The position numbers and the translations under genes are program-made. A stretch of DNA of 64,000 bases from assembly GCF_009914755.1 (NCBI RefSeq), contig NC_060929.1, one strand, 5' to 3'. The DNA comes from the human T2T-CHM13v2.0 reference genome, Homo sapiens. Positions 1 through 16,095 of this stretch are shown here, in pieces. Numbering within the stretch: position 1 is the stretch's first letter; the number at the start of each line of letters is the position of its first letter. The notes beneath the pieces are model-generated. The model was given only the letters and a program-made list of their open reading frames with translations. It did not search any database and had not been told where the DNA came from.

Positions 1-1416
1 CACTTCGAATAAAGAGTAAAATTTGTCCGTGGCATCAAAATCCACAGCTGAGCCAGCCCCTGCTCTGCCACCTCGTCTCATGTAGCTTCTTCCCCTTACT
101 CCATTTCAGTTCCGCTGGCCTTTGGACAATTCCTCTTTCAGGCCTCATGGTTGTTAAGTGGCCATAAGAATATCAGTTCGCCATATGGCTGCTTTTTTTT
201 TTTTTTCTTTTAAATCCATCTCAATGTAAGCCTCCCATCTTCAGATGCCTGCCCTGACTACCCACCGAAAAATTAACCTTCTCTGGGGTCCCACGCCCAC
301 GGAGCTTCGCTCACTGCTAGCACAGCAGTCTGAGATCAAACTGCAAGGCCACAGCGAGGTTGGGGGACGGGCGTCCGCCACTGCTGAGGGTTGAGTAGGT
401 AAACAAAGTGGCTGGGAAGCTCAAACTGGGTGGAGCCCACCGCAGTTCAAGGAGACCTGCCTGCCTCTGTAGACTCCACCGCTGGGGGCAGGGCATAGCT
501 GAACAAAAGGCAGCAGACAACTTCTGCAGACTTAAAAGTCCCTGTCTGACAGCTATGAAGAGAGCAGTGGTTCTCCCACCATGCAGTTTGAGCTCTGAGA
601 ATGGATAGACTGCCTCCTCAAGTGGGTCCCTGACCCCTGAGTAGCCTAACTGGGAGACACCTCCCAGTAGGGGCCGACTGACACCTCATACAGCTGGGTG
701 CCCCTTTGATACGAAGCTTCCAGAGGAAGGATCAGGCAGCAACATCTGCCGTTCTGCAGTATTTGCTGTTCTGCAGCCTCCGCTGGTGATACCCACACAA
801 ACAGGGTCTGGAGTGGACCTCCAGCAAACTCCAACAGACCTGCAGCTGAGGGTCCTGACTATTAGAAGGAAAACTAACAAACAGAAAGGACATCCACACC
901 AAAACCCCATCTGTACATCACCATCATCAATGACCAAAGGTAGATAAAACCACAAAGATGGGGAGAAACCAGAGCAGAAAAGCTGAAAATTCTAAAAATC
1001 AGAGTGCCTCTTCTCCTCCAAAGGAAGACAGCTCCTCGCCAGCAATGGAACAAAGCTGGACAGAGAATGACTTTGATGAGTTGATAGAAGAAGGCTTCAG
1101 ACGATAGATAACAAACTTCTCCAAGCTAAAGGAGGATGTTCGAGCCCATTGCAAAGAAGCTAAAAACCTTGAAAAAAGATTAGACAAATGGCTAACTAGA
1201 ATAAACAGTGTAGACAAGTCCTTAAATGACCTGAAGGAGCTGAAAACCACGGCACAAGAACTACATGATGCATGCAAAAGCTTCAGTAGCTGATTTGATC
1301 AAGTGGAAGAAAGCGTATCAGGGATTGAAGATCATATGAATGAAATGAAGTGAGAAGAGAAGTTTAGAGAAAAATGAGTAAAAAGAAATGAACAAAGCCT
1401 CCAAGAAATAAGGGAC

Positions 1417-2683
1417 TGAGAGGTGACAAAGTGCTAGCAGCCCTTGCTTGCTCTTGGCACCTCGTCGGCCTCGGTGTCTGCTCTGGCCATGCTCAAGGAG
1501 CGCTTCAGCCCACCACTGCACTGTGGGGGCCCCTCTCTGGGGTGGCTGAGGCCAGAGCCAGCTCCCTCTGCTTGATGGGAAGTGTGGAGGGAGAGGTGCG
1601 TGGCACTCGTGGGCCAGCACGAGTTCCAGCTCAGCATGGGCTCACCAGGCCCCGCACTTGGAGCAGCCGGCTGGTGCCACTGGCCCTGGGCAGTGAGGGG
1701 CTTAGCACCCGGGCCAGCAGCTGTGGAGGGTGCACCGGGTACCACAGCACTTCCGGCCCGCTCGCGCCACGCTCGAATTCTCGCTGGGCCTCAGCTGCCT
1801 CCCCGCGGAGCAGGGCTTGGGACCTGCAGCCTACCATGCCCGAGCCCCCCTCACCCCCTGTGGGTTCCCGTGCATCCCAAGCCTCCCCGATGGGTGCCGC
1901 CCCCTGCTCTGAGGTGCCCAGTCCCATCGACCGCCCAAGGGCTGAGGAGTGTGGGTGCATGGCACGGGACTGGCGGGCAGCTCCGCCAGCGGTCCCAGCG
2001 CAGGATCCACTAGGTGAAGCCAGCTGGGCTCTTGAGTCGGGTGGGGTCTTGGAGAACTTTTAAGTCTAGCTGGAGGATTGTAATTGCACCAATCAGCACT
2101 CTGTGTCTAGCTCAAGGTTTGTAAATGCACCAGTCAGCACCCTGTCAAAACAGACCAATCACCTCTCTGTAAAACAGACCAATCAGCTCTCTGTAAAATG
2201 GACCAATCAGCAGGATGTGGGTGGGGCGAGATAAGGGAATAAAAGCAGGCTGCCCGAGCCAGCAGCAGCAACCCGCTCGGGTGCCCTTCCATGCTGTGGA
2301 AGCTTTGTTCTCTTGCTCTTCACAATAAATCTTGCTGCTGCTCACTCTTTGGGTCCGCGCCACCTTTAAGAGCTGTAACACTCAACGTGAAGGTCTGCAG
2401 CTTCACTCCTGAAGCCAGTGAGTCCACGATACCACCAGAAGGAACCAACAACTCCAGATGCGCCCCCTTTAAGAGCTGTAACTCACTGTGAAGGTCTGCA
2501 GCTTCAGTCTTGAAGCCAGCGAGACCACAAACCCACCAGAAGGAAGAAACTCCGGACACGTCTGAACATCAGAAGGAACAAACTCCAGACACACCATCTT
2601 TAAGAACTGTAACACTCACTGCGAGGGTCCACGGCTTCATTCTTGAAGTCAGCAAGACCAAGAACCCACCAATTCTGGACACA
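1417..2683 (+). mobile_element. Solo ERV9/HERV9 LTR (LTR12C/D/E type), 1267 bp
   Basis: Begins TGAGAGGTGA and ends GGACACA, with a perfect 4-bp TSD ggac (1413-1416 / 2684-2687). GC-rich U3, CCAAT repeats and U5 tandem repeats (cttaagagctgtaacactcac). Confidence 0.95.
2085..2245 (+). promoter_or_regulatory. LTR12 promoter/enhancer core
   Basis: CCAAT boxes at 2089, 2155, 2179 and 2203, GC box gtggggcg at 2221, AGATAA at 2229, TATA-like AATAAAA at 2238. This is the known ERV9 NF-Y/Sp1/GATA layout. Activity cannot be shown from sequence. Confidence 0.7.
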
Positions 2684-3314
2684 GGACTATGTGAAAAGAC
2701 CAAATCTACATCTGACTGGTGGACCTGAAAGTGATGGGGAGAATGGAACCAAGCTGGAAAGCACTCTGCAGGATATTATCCAGGAGAACGTCCCCAACCT
2801 AGCAAGGCAGACCAACATTCACATTCAGGAAATACAGAGAACACCACAAAGATACTCCTTGAGAAGAGCATCTCCAAGACACATAATTGTCAGATTCACC
2901 AAAGTTGAAATGAAGGAAAAAAATGTTAAGGGCAGCCACAGAGAAAGGTCGGGTTACCCACAAAGGGAAGCCCATCAGAGTAGTAGCTGATTTCTTGGGA
3001 GAAACTCTAAAAGCCAGAAGAGAGTGGGGGCCAATATTAAATACTCTTAAAGAAAAGCATTTTCAACCCAGAATTTCATATGCAGCCAAACTAAGCTTCA
3101 TAAGTGAAGAATAAATAAAATCCTTTACAGACGAACAAATGCTGAGAGATTTTGTCACCACCAGGCCTGCCTTACAAGAGCTCCTAAAGGAAGCATAAAC
3201 ATGGAAAGGAACAACCGGTACCAGCCACTACAAAAACATGCCAAATTGTAAAGACCATCAAGGCTAGGAAGAAACTGCATCAACTAACAAGCAAAATAAC
3301 CAGCTAACATCATA

Positions 3315-7131
<3,817 letters not shown>

Positions 7132-7378
7132 ACAATGAGAACACCTGGACACACGGTGTGGAACATCACACACCGGGGCCTGTCGTGGGGTGGAGGGAGC
7201 GGGGAGGGATAGCATTAGGAGATATACCTAATGTAAATGATGAGTTGATGGGTGCAGCACACCAACATGGCACATGTATACCTATGTAAAAAACCTGCAC
7301 GTTGTGCACATATACCCTAGAACTTAAAGTATAATTAACAACAACAACAAAAAAAAAAAAAAAAAGAAAAAAGAAAAA

Positions 7379-7582
7379 TCACCCCTCCCAGAGCTTCTGT
7401 TGGTGTCCTATTTATTTCCTTCTTGGATCTTTCTTATCATCTTATTTGTTTTCTCTTTGGTCTATTTTCCCTAACAGAATATAAGCTCCATGAGAGCAGG
7501 GACCCTTTCTGTTTTACTTTGCTTTGCATGCCACATAGCCTAGCATATAGCAGATGCTTAACACAGATTTGCTAAAGAAGGA
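7379..7582 (+). mobile_element. L2 3' end, continuing the L2 fragment at ~40-280 that the L1 interrupted
   Basis: L2-type tail: agaatataagctccatgagagcagggacc...catagcctagcatatagcagatgcttaa. Confidence 0.6.
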
Positions 7583-7789
7583 AAACATTTTGGTGGGTAG
7601 GGATGACCCCCCCTCCCCTGCCAATCATGAAGTTAAAGGCTAACATACTTTGAGAGTAATAGGCCTCCAACTTTGAGGTAGTTAGAATAGCAGACATCAG
7701 GATATACTGGTAGCTTATTTCTAAGAACCCCCAGGTTCCCGCAGCAGCTAGGATCACAGAGATGACAATGGAGGTGAGGTCAAAGGGTA

Positions 7790-7962
7790 AGGGTTGGAAT
7801 TCTGTCTCAGCTACTTAATAGCTCTGGATTTAAGGCAAGTCACTCAACTTGGGACTTCAAAGCCTTTGTTTTCTCATTTGCAAAACAGGACTACTCTACC
7901 CTCACAAGCTGAGGATTAAGTGGCTGTCTGCGAGAGCCCTTTGTAAGCTGTTAAACACCATA
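7790..7962 (+). mobile_element. MIR-family SINE
   Basis: Core ggcaagtcactcaac...gttttctcatttgcaaaacagg. Confidence 0.6.
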
Positions 7963-9043
7963 ATAACATCAGCTACCAGCAAAATATTTCCCCCTTCTTT
8001 GGTCTCTCCTGGGTGTATATAACGGAGTAGAAAGCAACTGCCCTATTCAAGGTCAGCCACAGATCCAACTTGTTAAAGCCCAGAATCTGTAGAGAGGAGA
8101 TCCTCACTAAATCGAGGTCCCCCTGAAGGCATCTGACTTCATTAAATTGCAAAGGGCATATCTGATTCAATTTTTAAGCACTCCCAGGGCAGTGATACCG
8201 AAAAGACTGCTTCTTTACTGCCACTAAGTAATCACCAGGATTATCACTCTTAAGTATTCTGGATTTAATAAGGAAACCATTTAATTTCAAGATTTAAAAT
8301 GACCTAGATTGCCAATTACCTTAGTTCTCAAGAACTGTATTAAACAGCTTCAATCAGGCAGGACTAACATGATAATTCAATTTATTCTGGTTTGCCATAC
8401 ACAAGAGGAATGGAATTAAGCAACAGCGGATGGGGAACGGTATCCCTATTTCTTCCTGGTTAGCTCATAAGTCTTTCAAATTCTTACAATGCTCTCCCAC
8501 TAAAGATTGGTAGGTCAAGGCAGCCACACCACACTCGGATGTGACTCAACAGTCCATTCTGCCACTGCAGAACCAATTCTGAGGCCAAGTGGTTTCCATG
8601 GTTTTGCCCTGGTCATTCTCCTTTGCTTTGTTAGCAACTCCCTCATCACTGGCATGACACATAAGAGAGTCTTTGCCAACAGGCAAAAGGGCAAACTGAA
8701 ACTACCTCTTTTGTAAGACTTGAAAAGAATCCATAAAATGGGGTATATGGTAAAATTACTCTAGGTAGGACAGTTAGGATAGGATGTAGGGATCCAAGAC
8801 TGAGCACATTTGCGAAGAACATAAATAAAACTAGGCAACCATCAGGAAGATGATCTAGATCAGCATGCCTGGTCGATGCCAGGAATGGCTCTACCAGATT
8901 GCCTGTGCTGTTTCCAGTAGCTCCAAGTGCCTCTAGGATGCTGACTCAACATTCCAGAACTCCCTTCTGTGGTTCTCTGCAGCACAGGCCTGCATGCTTG
9001 GCAGCCACCTGTGACCTACTTGCCATTCTGTAGGGACTGCTCC

Positions 9044-9212
9044 CAGGACTCACTATGTAATTTGCAAGGTCCAGTGTGAAACGAAAAAGTGGGGTCCGTT
9101 GTTTAACAATATTAAGAATTTAAAACGTTGACAGCAGAGCAGTGAAGCAAGTATGGCACCTTTCTAAGCATAAGGCCCATGTGAATGCCAGGTCACAGCC
9201 ATGATGGCAGCT
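9044..9212 (-). mobile_element. MER45A-like hAT MITE
   Basis: Reverse complement resembles the MER45A consensus (attcttaata..aacaa..ccc..ttttc..cactgg..caaatta). Confidence 0.6.
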
Positions 9213-9391
9213 CAGACTGCTGTGAGCACTCCTCTGATGACCAAGGTGGTAGGAACTTCCATCCCCACCAGCCTGACGGTACTGCTCTATGTCACAATAC
9301 ATAAGCCACCTTGAACAGATCTTTGGAAAGAGAAGTGAGGAGTAGCACCTCCTCCCTGCCCCACAATCAAATCGATACGATCTCTCCTCAC

Positions 9392-9540
9392 CTATTCAGC
9401 CGTTCTGTTTCCACCTCAAACTCTCTAATCTTGCTTTCTGAGATGGCAGATCCGTGTGAGTAGAGTGTTTGGAAAATCTCTTGGATATTGGAGCAGTCCT
9501 GAAGTGAGTGGGCCAGGTGTTCAGCCACACTGCTGGATAC
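9392..9540 (-). CDS. MCC: MCC coding exon (last in window), 149 nt, phase 0 to 2: VSSSVAEHLAHSLQDCSNIQEIFQTLYSHGSAISESKIREFEVETERLN(S)
   Basis: Acceptor ttctttttgcag|GTA, donor AATAG|gtgagg. Confidence 0.96.
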
Positions 9541-10632
9541 CTGCAAAAAGAAGCATTAATTCCCCTTTGGAACATATCATTTCAGAGATGCATGTTTTGC
9601 ATGCAAAAGAATTTAAAGCTGATATTCCGTGAGAATCGGGGACTGGGAGGATGGTTACCCTGAAGGTTCTCAGTTTGTAGGATAGAATCCTAGTATGAAA
9701 AGCTAACTATTAAATACTATAAAAGCAGTAGAAAAAAAAAACCAGGATCAAAATATGGCTCCTTCCCCAAGCACGTGGTGCTGGGCAGCCAGGATGGGGA
9801 GATCATGCCTTCTTGGAGTTCCTTAAATTCTGAATGTGGAACAGAGTCAGGATTTCTTTCCCCTATCCTGAATTCCCTGCCACTCCAGGCCACTGTTTTT
9901 GGTTTCTGTAGCCCAGGAGAGGGGCTGACTCCTTCATTTTCACAATTTGGCTTTGGCACAGAATCTGAATGCATGCATTTTTGCTCAGTGTAAAATTCTA
10001 AATTAGGGCCTTAAAATGCTATTCAGGCTCTCTCTGCCTCTGAGGATCAAATAGCTGGCTCTCTAAGCCTCATCCCCAATCCTAAAAGATCCCTTAAAGA
10101 AATGAAACTACTCCTTTTCACCATCCATCAGCTCTTACAGTCCCAGGGGGTTTCCAGACTCCACAAATGAAAACTCTGGAACTAAAGTGAAGGTTCTGGT
10201 CTTTCCCACCACTGGGCTAGGCTTCAAAGACAACATTCCTCCTCAGTGGAAAGCACATCCCCTTTCAAGATGGATGTGCAAAAGACAAAGTTATTTTAGA
10301 GCTCTTGGTCTCTGGGGTAGCAGGGTGATATAAGACAGATACTTCAAGACTTTCATCTATATCACCAAGAACTGGACCTAAATCATTTGTTTCTGAATGG
10401 TTTCAAGGAAAGGAAAAAAAATCTCCCTTAAAGCTGAAGAAGTAATTCACCATATGGATGGAAATCATCATACATTTTAATTTAATCCTTTGGAAGGAAA
10501 TCAGGTATGATATACTATTATAACTAACTGGTTTATTGGAGATAGACTTTGGAAGTTCTTCTGTCATCTATAATCCATTGTCTGTGTAGCTCTGCCGGGT
10601 ACTTTCTTGCCTTGCTTCTCATGAACACTCAC

Positions 10633-10722
10633 CCCTATGCTACTGATTTCTGAGCCCAGGACTGGCCGATCAGATGATGACGATTCGGACCTTGTCTTTG
10701 ATAGCTTCACCCTCTCAGCAAT
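10633..10722 (-). CDS. MCC: MCC coding exon, 90 nt, phase 0-0: IAERVKLSKTRSESSSSDRPVLGSEISSIG
   Basis: Acceptor tttcttttttaag|ATT, donor GGG|gtgagt, 30 codons. Confidence 0.96.
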
Positions 10723-10881
10723 CTTAAAAAAGAAAACAAAACATTATAGAAAACTACACACCACTCCTCAGATAAACTGTTGGGACTACGCTTATACAGG
10801 GCTACTTTTTAGCCATGTCAACTAAATGATTAAAGAACTTAAGAACAGCTCACGTCCAATTTTTCTACCACCAGCTTAAGC

Positions 10882-11091
10882 CAGGGCCTTTCAACTTCAG
10901 CACTGCTGATATTTTGGCTTGGATAATTCTTTTTATGGGGGTCTGTCCTGTGCATTGTAGGACATTTGTCAGCATCTCTGGCCTCTAGCCACAAGATGCC
11001 AGTAGCACTCCAATTGTGACCATCAAAAATGTCTCTAGACATTGCCAAATGTCCCCTGGAGGATGAAATCACTTCTGGTTAGAAAACACTG
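10882..11091. mobile_element. MER20 hAT-Charlie element
   Basis: cag...cactg termini and the diagnostic ctgtcctgtgcattgtaggac...aaaatgtctctagacattgccaaatgtcccctgg. Degenerate 8-bp TSD gcttaagc/gtttaacc. Confidence 0.85.
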
Positions 11092-11695
11092 GTTTAACCT
11101 AACTTATTAAACTTGATAGTTAAGAATCAACCTTATTGTGGTGGCTAGCAGAGCTACCAGGCAAGCCAACAGGCATAATTTTAATCATCTGAGACAGACT
11201 CAACATAGGTACTGGGGGGCTGTGGCAGTGAGTCAGTGGGGCTACTTCTCACAGCTGCCACAGCCTGTCCATCATAATCTATTTTTCTTTTTTTGTGGCA
11301 GAGCTGTCAGTCTTGTGAGTGGGGAGATCATTGGTTCATTACTCAAGGTCCCTGACTGGGCTGAACCTTAGTCTTTGAGAGCAACTCTGTCCACTGTGAA
11401 GTACTGGAGCACTTGACAAAACGTCTCACTCTCCATAATGACTTGTCAGCTGTGACATTCTCCAGCTGGCTGATTAATGAGAGCTGGCGTCCAGGTTGCA
11501 GCTGAGAGAGACTTAAAACTATTAGTGGGTTATCTCTCCTTGCAGCTCCTGCATAGAAGGCCTGCGTAAGGTCCCAGGGGAAGCCCCTTGTGCTGTCTCA
11601 GCTAAGGGCATGCCTGTACAGTGGCTAGGATGAGCCTGGTGCTTCCAGATAACAGGAGGTGTTCCCGCTCATCGGGTCCATCCCCAGGAACTCAC

Positions 11696-11842
11696 CTTGG
11701 CGATGGGAATGTCATTGCTGCTGCTGCTTGTGCTCAGCTCCCCAGTGCTGGGGTTAATCGGGCGGTTGGTGGAAGTGAGGCGGCCAGGGCTGGAGGGACC
11801 TGTGGCCTGCACGCTCTGTAGTCGAGTTTGAAGCTCTCTGAC
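11696..11842 (-). CDS. MCC: MCC coding exon, 147 nt, phase 0-0: VRELQTRLQSVQATGPSSPGRLTSTNRPINPSTGELSTSSSSNDIPIAK
   Basis: Acceptor gatttcag|GTC, donor AAG|gtgagt, 49 codons. Confidence 0.96.
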
Positions 11843-12220
11843 CTGAAATCATAATGCTTTTAGACATAGTTGGTGGTTTCCCTGGCTAAAGAGCAAAACA
11901 GCCAGATGGGTAGGTGGTGGGGCTTTCATTTACATTGAGGGATCAGCCCACTGAAAAGCTAGGTTGGTTGAGTCCACATAAAAGTCATTATATTCCTTTT
12001 TTCGGACTAATAATTTTTTTTTAATGAATCGGTTTCTTAAATCACATGTAATACAAAAAGTAGAGTTATAAACCAAAGTGATGATATTACTAGTTTTTAT
12101 ATTTGCCTAAGAGTCACCATATTCTTAACGGAATCTGCCACAGACCATCACCTATTCTTCACAAGCATGAGGTGAACATATTATGTAAGGCCCTGGAAGC
12201 TTCCAGGATGGATGACCATC

Positions 12221-12537
<317 letters not shown>

Positions 12538-13345
12538 TAAGGAATGTTTATTCTTTCAGCCCCACTTGCCTGACTGTGCTGGGGACTGCGGACGAGGACC
12601 CAGGATGATATCACCTCTCATGGAATCATCATTTCAGAGCCCAGAGGAGACAGGAATGATTTCAAGACAAGTGCACTTGAGTGTTATAAATTTCTATGTC
12701 AAGTGTTACGGGAAGCAGAAAAAGGGAAGAATATAACTCCAGCTGAAGTCATCCAGAGAAAGCTGAATGAAGACAGTGGTACTTGAGCAATCTTAAAGGA
12801 GAACAAGTGAGGAGATGGCTTTAGTGGTGATATGCCTGGGGGGTTGAACAGGTGCTAGGATGATATGCTATGTTTGAAGAGGTGCAAGTTATTCAATATG
12901 TGTGTTTTAGCAGAAGTGTCTGTATTGGGGAAAATATTAGGCTAAGAGAAGAGACATTGATGGAGCCAGCACCTTTTCCCCAAGTTACCTACAGATGAGA
13001 TTTTCCCTGGAATAGTAGGTAGGAACGTCTAAATAGTCCTTCTATATAAAAAAGAAACACGGGACCCTCTAAGTTACATTTAAAACGTGCATTTACCTGC
13101 ACAGAAATTAAATGTCCAAATCCTGCTCCTCTATAGTTACAACTCTGTGACTTCCAAAGAGAGAAGTATTCCAAGTAGCTGAAGAGAGTTGCTAGAGATT
13201 GGTCTTTTATAACCTTGGTCGCAGTTTCAGCATGAGAGTGCAGTGTCTACCTGAAAGAGCAAACTAACTACAACACCCAGCGGTCCTTACAAATGGACAT
13301 CAGACTTTGTCGGGCTGGGAAGAGTTAGCACTAGGAAATTTAAGA

Positions 13346-13527
13346 CAGGGCTTTCTAAACAGAATGTGTACTAGAATCCCCCAGAGGGCTTGCTAAAACA
13401 GATTCCAGGGCCCTACCCCAGGGATTCTGATTTAGCAGGGTCTGGATGAAGCCCAAGATCTGCATGTCTAGTAAGCTCGCAAAAGATGCTGATGCTGCCG
13501 GTCGGGGACCATACCTTGAATAGCACT
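13346..13527. mobile_element. MER5A hAT element
   Basis: cttgctaaaacagattcc..ggattctgatttagcagggtctggatgaagcccaagatctgcat..gatgctgatgctgccggtc. Confidence 0.8.
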
Positions 13528-14922
13528 CACCTAAGGGACTTCCAAGGCCACAAAGCACTTTAATCCCATAGACAGGAAGAGTGGAGCCATGCCCCGGTGC
13601 CAGCCCTGCCGCCAAAAGTCTTCTAGACAGGGCAGAGAACAGGCAGGCACATGGCCCCTTCTCTAAAAGGCACTGGAAAGCTTTTCATATTAAATGTCTA
13701 GGATGTCTCCATCCTGCTAACTTGGGAACCAAAAGTAATTGAAATTTCAATAATTCATCAACATATTAGAAGCTAAAATAGGAAAATTCCCTCAAAGCAA
13801 ATTGCATTCAATAGTGCAACAGCTCAAAAGTGCCTAATGCTCTGCCACGGTTCCAGTAACGGAGGATCGATGGAAACGCTTGCTGTCCTCAAAACAGACC
13901 AGACACAGGGCTAAACTCAAAATAGCCTAAAGAATAGGAAAATATATCCCTGTAGAAGCCAAATGGTACTGCTGATGAAGGATTACAGGACTCGTTCTGA
14001 AATGGTCCCTCACAAACCAAAAATGGGTACAGGGGTGGATACCTCATTATGCCACAAAGAGAGACTGGGCAAAGAGAGAGGGCTCATTCATTTCCTCAGG
14101 GACTGGGGGAAACCTCCCGGTGGAGACTTGCAACCTCCGGTGAATTCAACCTCCCGGTGAATTTCAGTTTTTACTGCTGATGAGTCTGATAAGGTCCTGA
14201 ATAATTAACAATGTTAACACCACTCCAAAACCTAAATGGTGTCTGAATTGCACTCAAGACAATCAGTGGTCTGTTCTTAGAATCCCTACTGGCCTACTCA
14301 TCTTTTTTTTTTTTTTTATATCTCTATTTAAAAAAAAATACAGATAAAAAAAATCCTGGGCAATTTATAAAGACTTCATTAAAACTATCCATGTTTTAAA
14401 AACATTTCTTCTTCTAATCACAAAAGTAAAACATGCTCACTGTGGAAAATGTAGATGACACTAAAACATAAAAACAGTCAAAGTGCTTATGTTCTTTCTT
14501 ACTCTACAGAGGCAATTTACTCTAATCATTTTCCTTGCTGTGTATGTGCACACATGTGCTTAAAATAATTTCTAAATCTAAATATCTACTTTCACTTTAA
14601 AAACTTCGGACCCAGAGAATGTCTTTAAAAACTAAAGATGATAAACATGTTTATTTTGGGCTATGCTTTATTATTTAATGATAGTTGCTAGCCAGTGGAA
14701 ACAAACCCAGCTGAAGGGAGTGCAGTGTGCCTGTCAGGGAAAGAAAGACAGCTGGTTAAGTGGCCTTCTCCCCCTTCTTTTGATTTGAGAGTGAGAATCT
14801 TAATTTACAGGAATAAATGCAAGAAACGAAGGCTAAAGCCAATATGCTGAGTCAGCTTAGGCATGGCTTCGGAAAGAGGCAGAAACATAGTTAATAGAGT
14901 TCTCACTTTTATTCTCACCCAT

Positions 14923-15330
14923 TGTAGTGGGTTGGATTATGTCTCCCCCAAAAGATATGTCCAAATTTGAATCCTCAGTACCCGTGAATGTGACCGCATC
15001 TCAAAATAGGGTCTTTGTAGATATAACTAAATTAACGATCTCAAGGCAAGATAATCTGATTTGGGTGGGCCCTATGTGCAATGACTGGTGTTCTTTTAAC
15101 AGAAAAGGAAGGGATATTTAAGACAAAGACAGAGAGACACAGGGAAGAAGGTCCTGTGAAGATGAAAGCAGAGATTGGACACAAGTCAAAGAGCACCAAG
15201 AGCTATCAGAAGTTCGAAGAGGCAAGGAAGGATTCTCTTTCAAAGCCCTTTGAGGGAGTGTGGCTCTGCTAACACCTTGAGTTTGGACTCCTAGACTCCA
15301 GAACTATGAGAGTTTGTAGTAATCCAAATA
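14923..15330 (+). mobile_element. MLT1B/C-type MaLR LTR
   Basis: tgtagtgggttgga..cccccaaaagatatgtcc..aatagggtctttgtagat..gaggcaaggaaggattctc..ctccagaactatgaga. Confidence 0.8.
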
Positions 15331-15351
15331 CTCCTTCTTCATTGAAGACTT

Positions 15352-15490
15352 ATTTTTTTGAGACACGGTCTCACTATGTTGTGTTGCCCAAGCTGGCCTC
15401 AATCTCATGGGCTCAAGAGATTTTCCCGTTTTAGCCTCCCAAGTGGCTGGGACTACAGGGGCATGCCACTGCACACGGCTATTTTTATTG
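15352..15490 (-). mobile_element. Alu monomer (FLAM-like)
   Basis: gagacacggtctcactatg...gggactacagg. Confidence 0.75.
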
Positions 15491-16095
15491 AAGGAATTAT
15501 GTTTCTCTCTACAAAATATATATTTTGGAGTCAAGAGATAGCCAAGAACCAGGGCTAACCTGAGGCAGGGACTGACACTTGCGGGAACATCATTCAGCAC
15601 CCTTCACAGCCTTTCTCAACTGGGGTTCCTCAACACCAGAACATGACCTGAGAGGCTGTTTTTTCACTTCTCCTGAAGTTACTGCGTGTCTGGTAAACAT
15701 TATGATGGGAAACATGCTCTGAAAGAGGGGTATCAACAAGGAGTGTCAAAGTGCAGAAGAAGAAACCTGGCTGGCCTCTGCCTTCCTAGAGCAGGCAACG
15801 CTAGAACTCAATCTTGAAGGCTGAACTGTTCAACAAGCAAATAAAGAGGAAAAGATAATGGGGAGACTCTGGAAGGTTCAAGTAGGGAAATGACATTAAA
15901 AGGTTGCAGTTGTTACCCTCTGGTATTTCTTCAAGGGTTTTGTAAAAATCATTTGATTAGAGGAGAAAATGGACTGAAGTAAGGAAGAAAAAGTTGGTGA
16001 GCCAAGAGCTCTACTGATGGTTCAGATAGGAAATTATGAGGGCTCAAATACAGTCAGCGAAGTGGGAATAAGGATGGCAAAATACACTCTAGACC

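Larger units (their letters stand above)
958..3251 (+). pseudogene. L1 ORF1, disrupted by stop codons, frameshifts and the LTR12 insertion
   Basis: Fragments such as DYVKRPNLHL..QEIQRTPQRYS..RHIIVRFTKVEMKEK and MLRAATEKGRVTHKGKPIR. Confidence 0.92.

Noticed and set aside
317-520. 67-aa minus-strand ORF in the L1 5'UTR as possible L1 ORF0
   Set aside because: It is not the ORF0 frame (MAGAPPP...). The ORF0 start codon here reads GTG (gcagtggcggacgcc on the minus strand), and the 5' truncation removes its end.
1431-2063. 210-aa and overlapping ORFs
   Set aside because: By-product of GC-rich LTR12 U3 sequence, with no recognisable domain.
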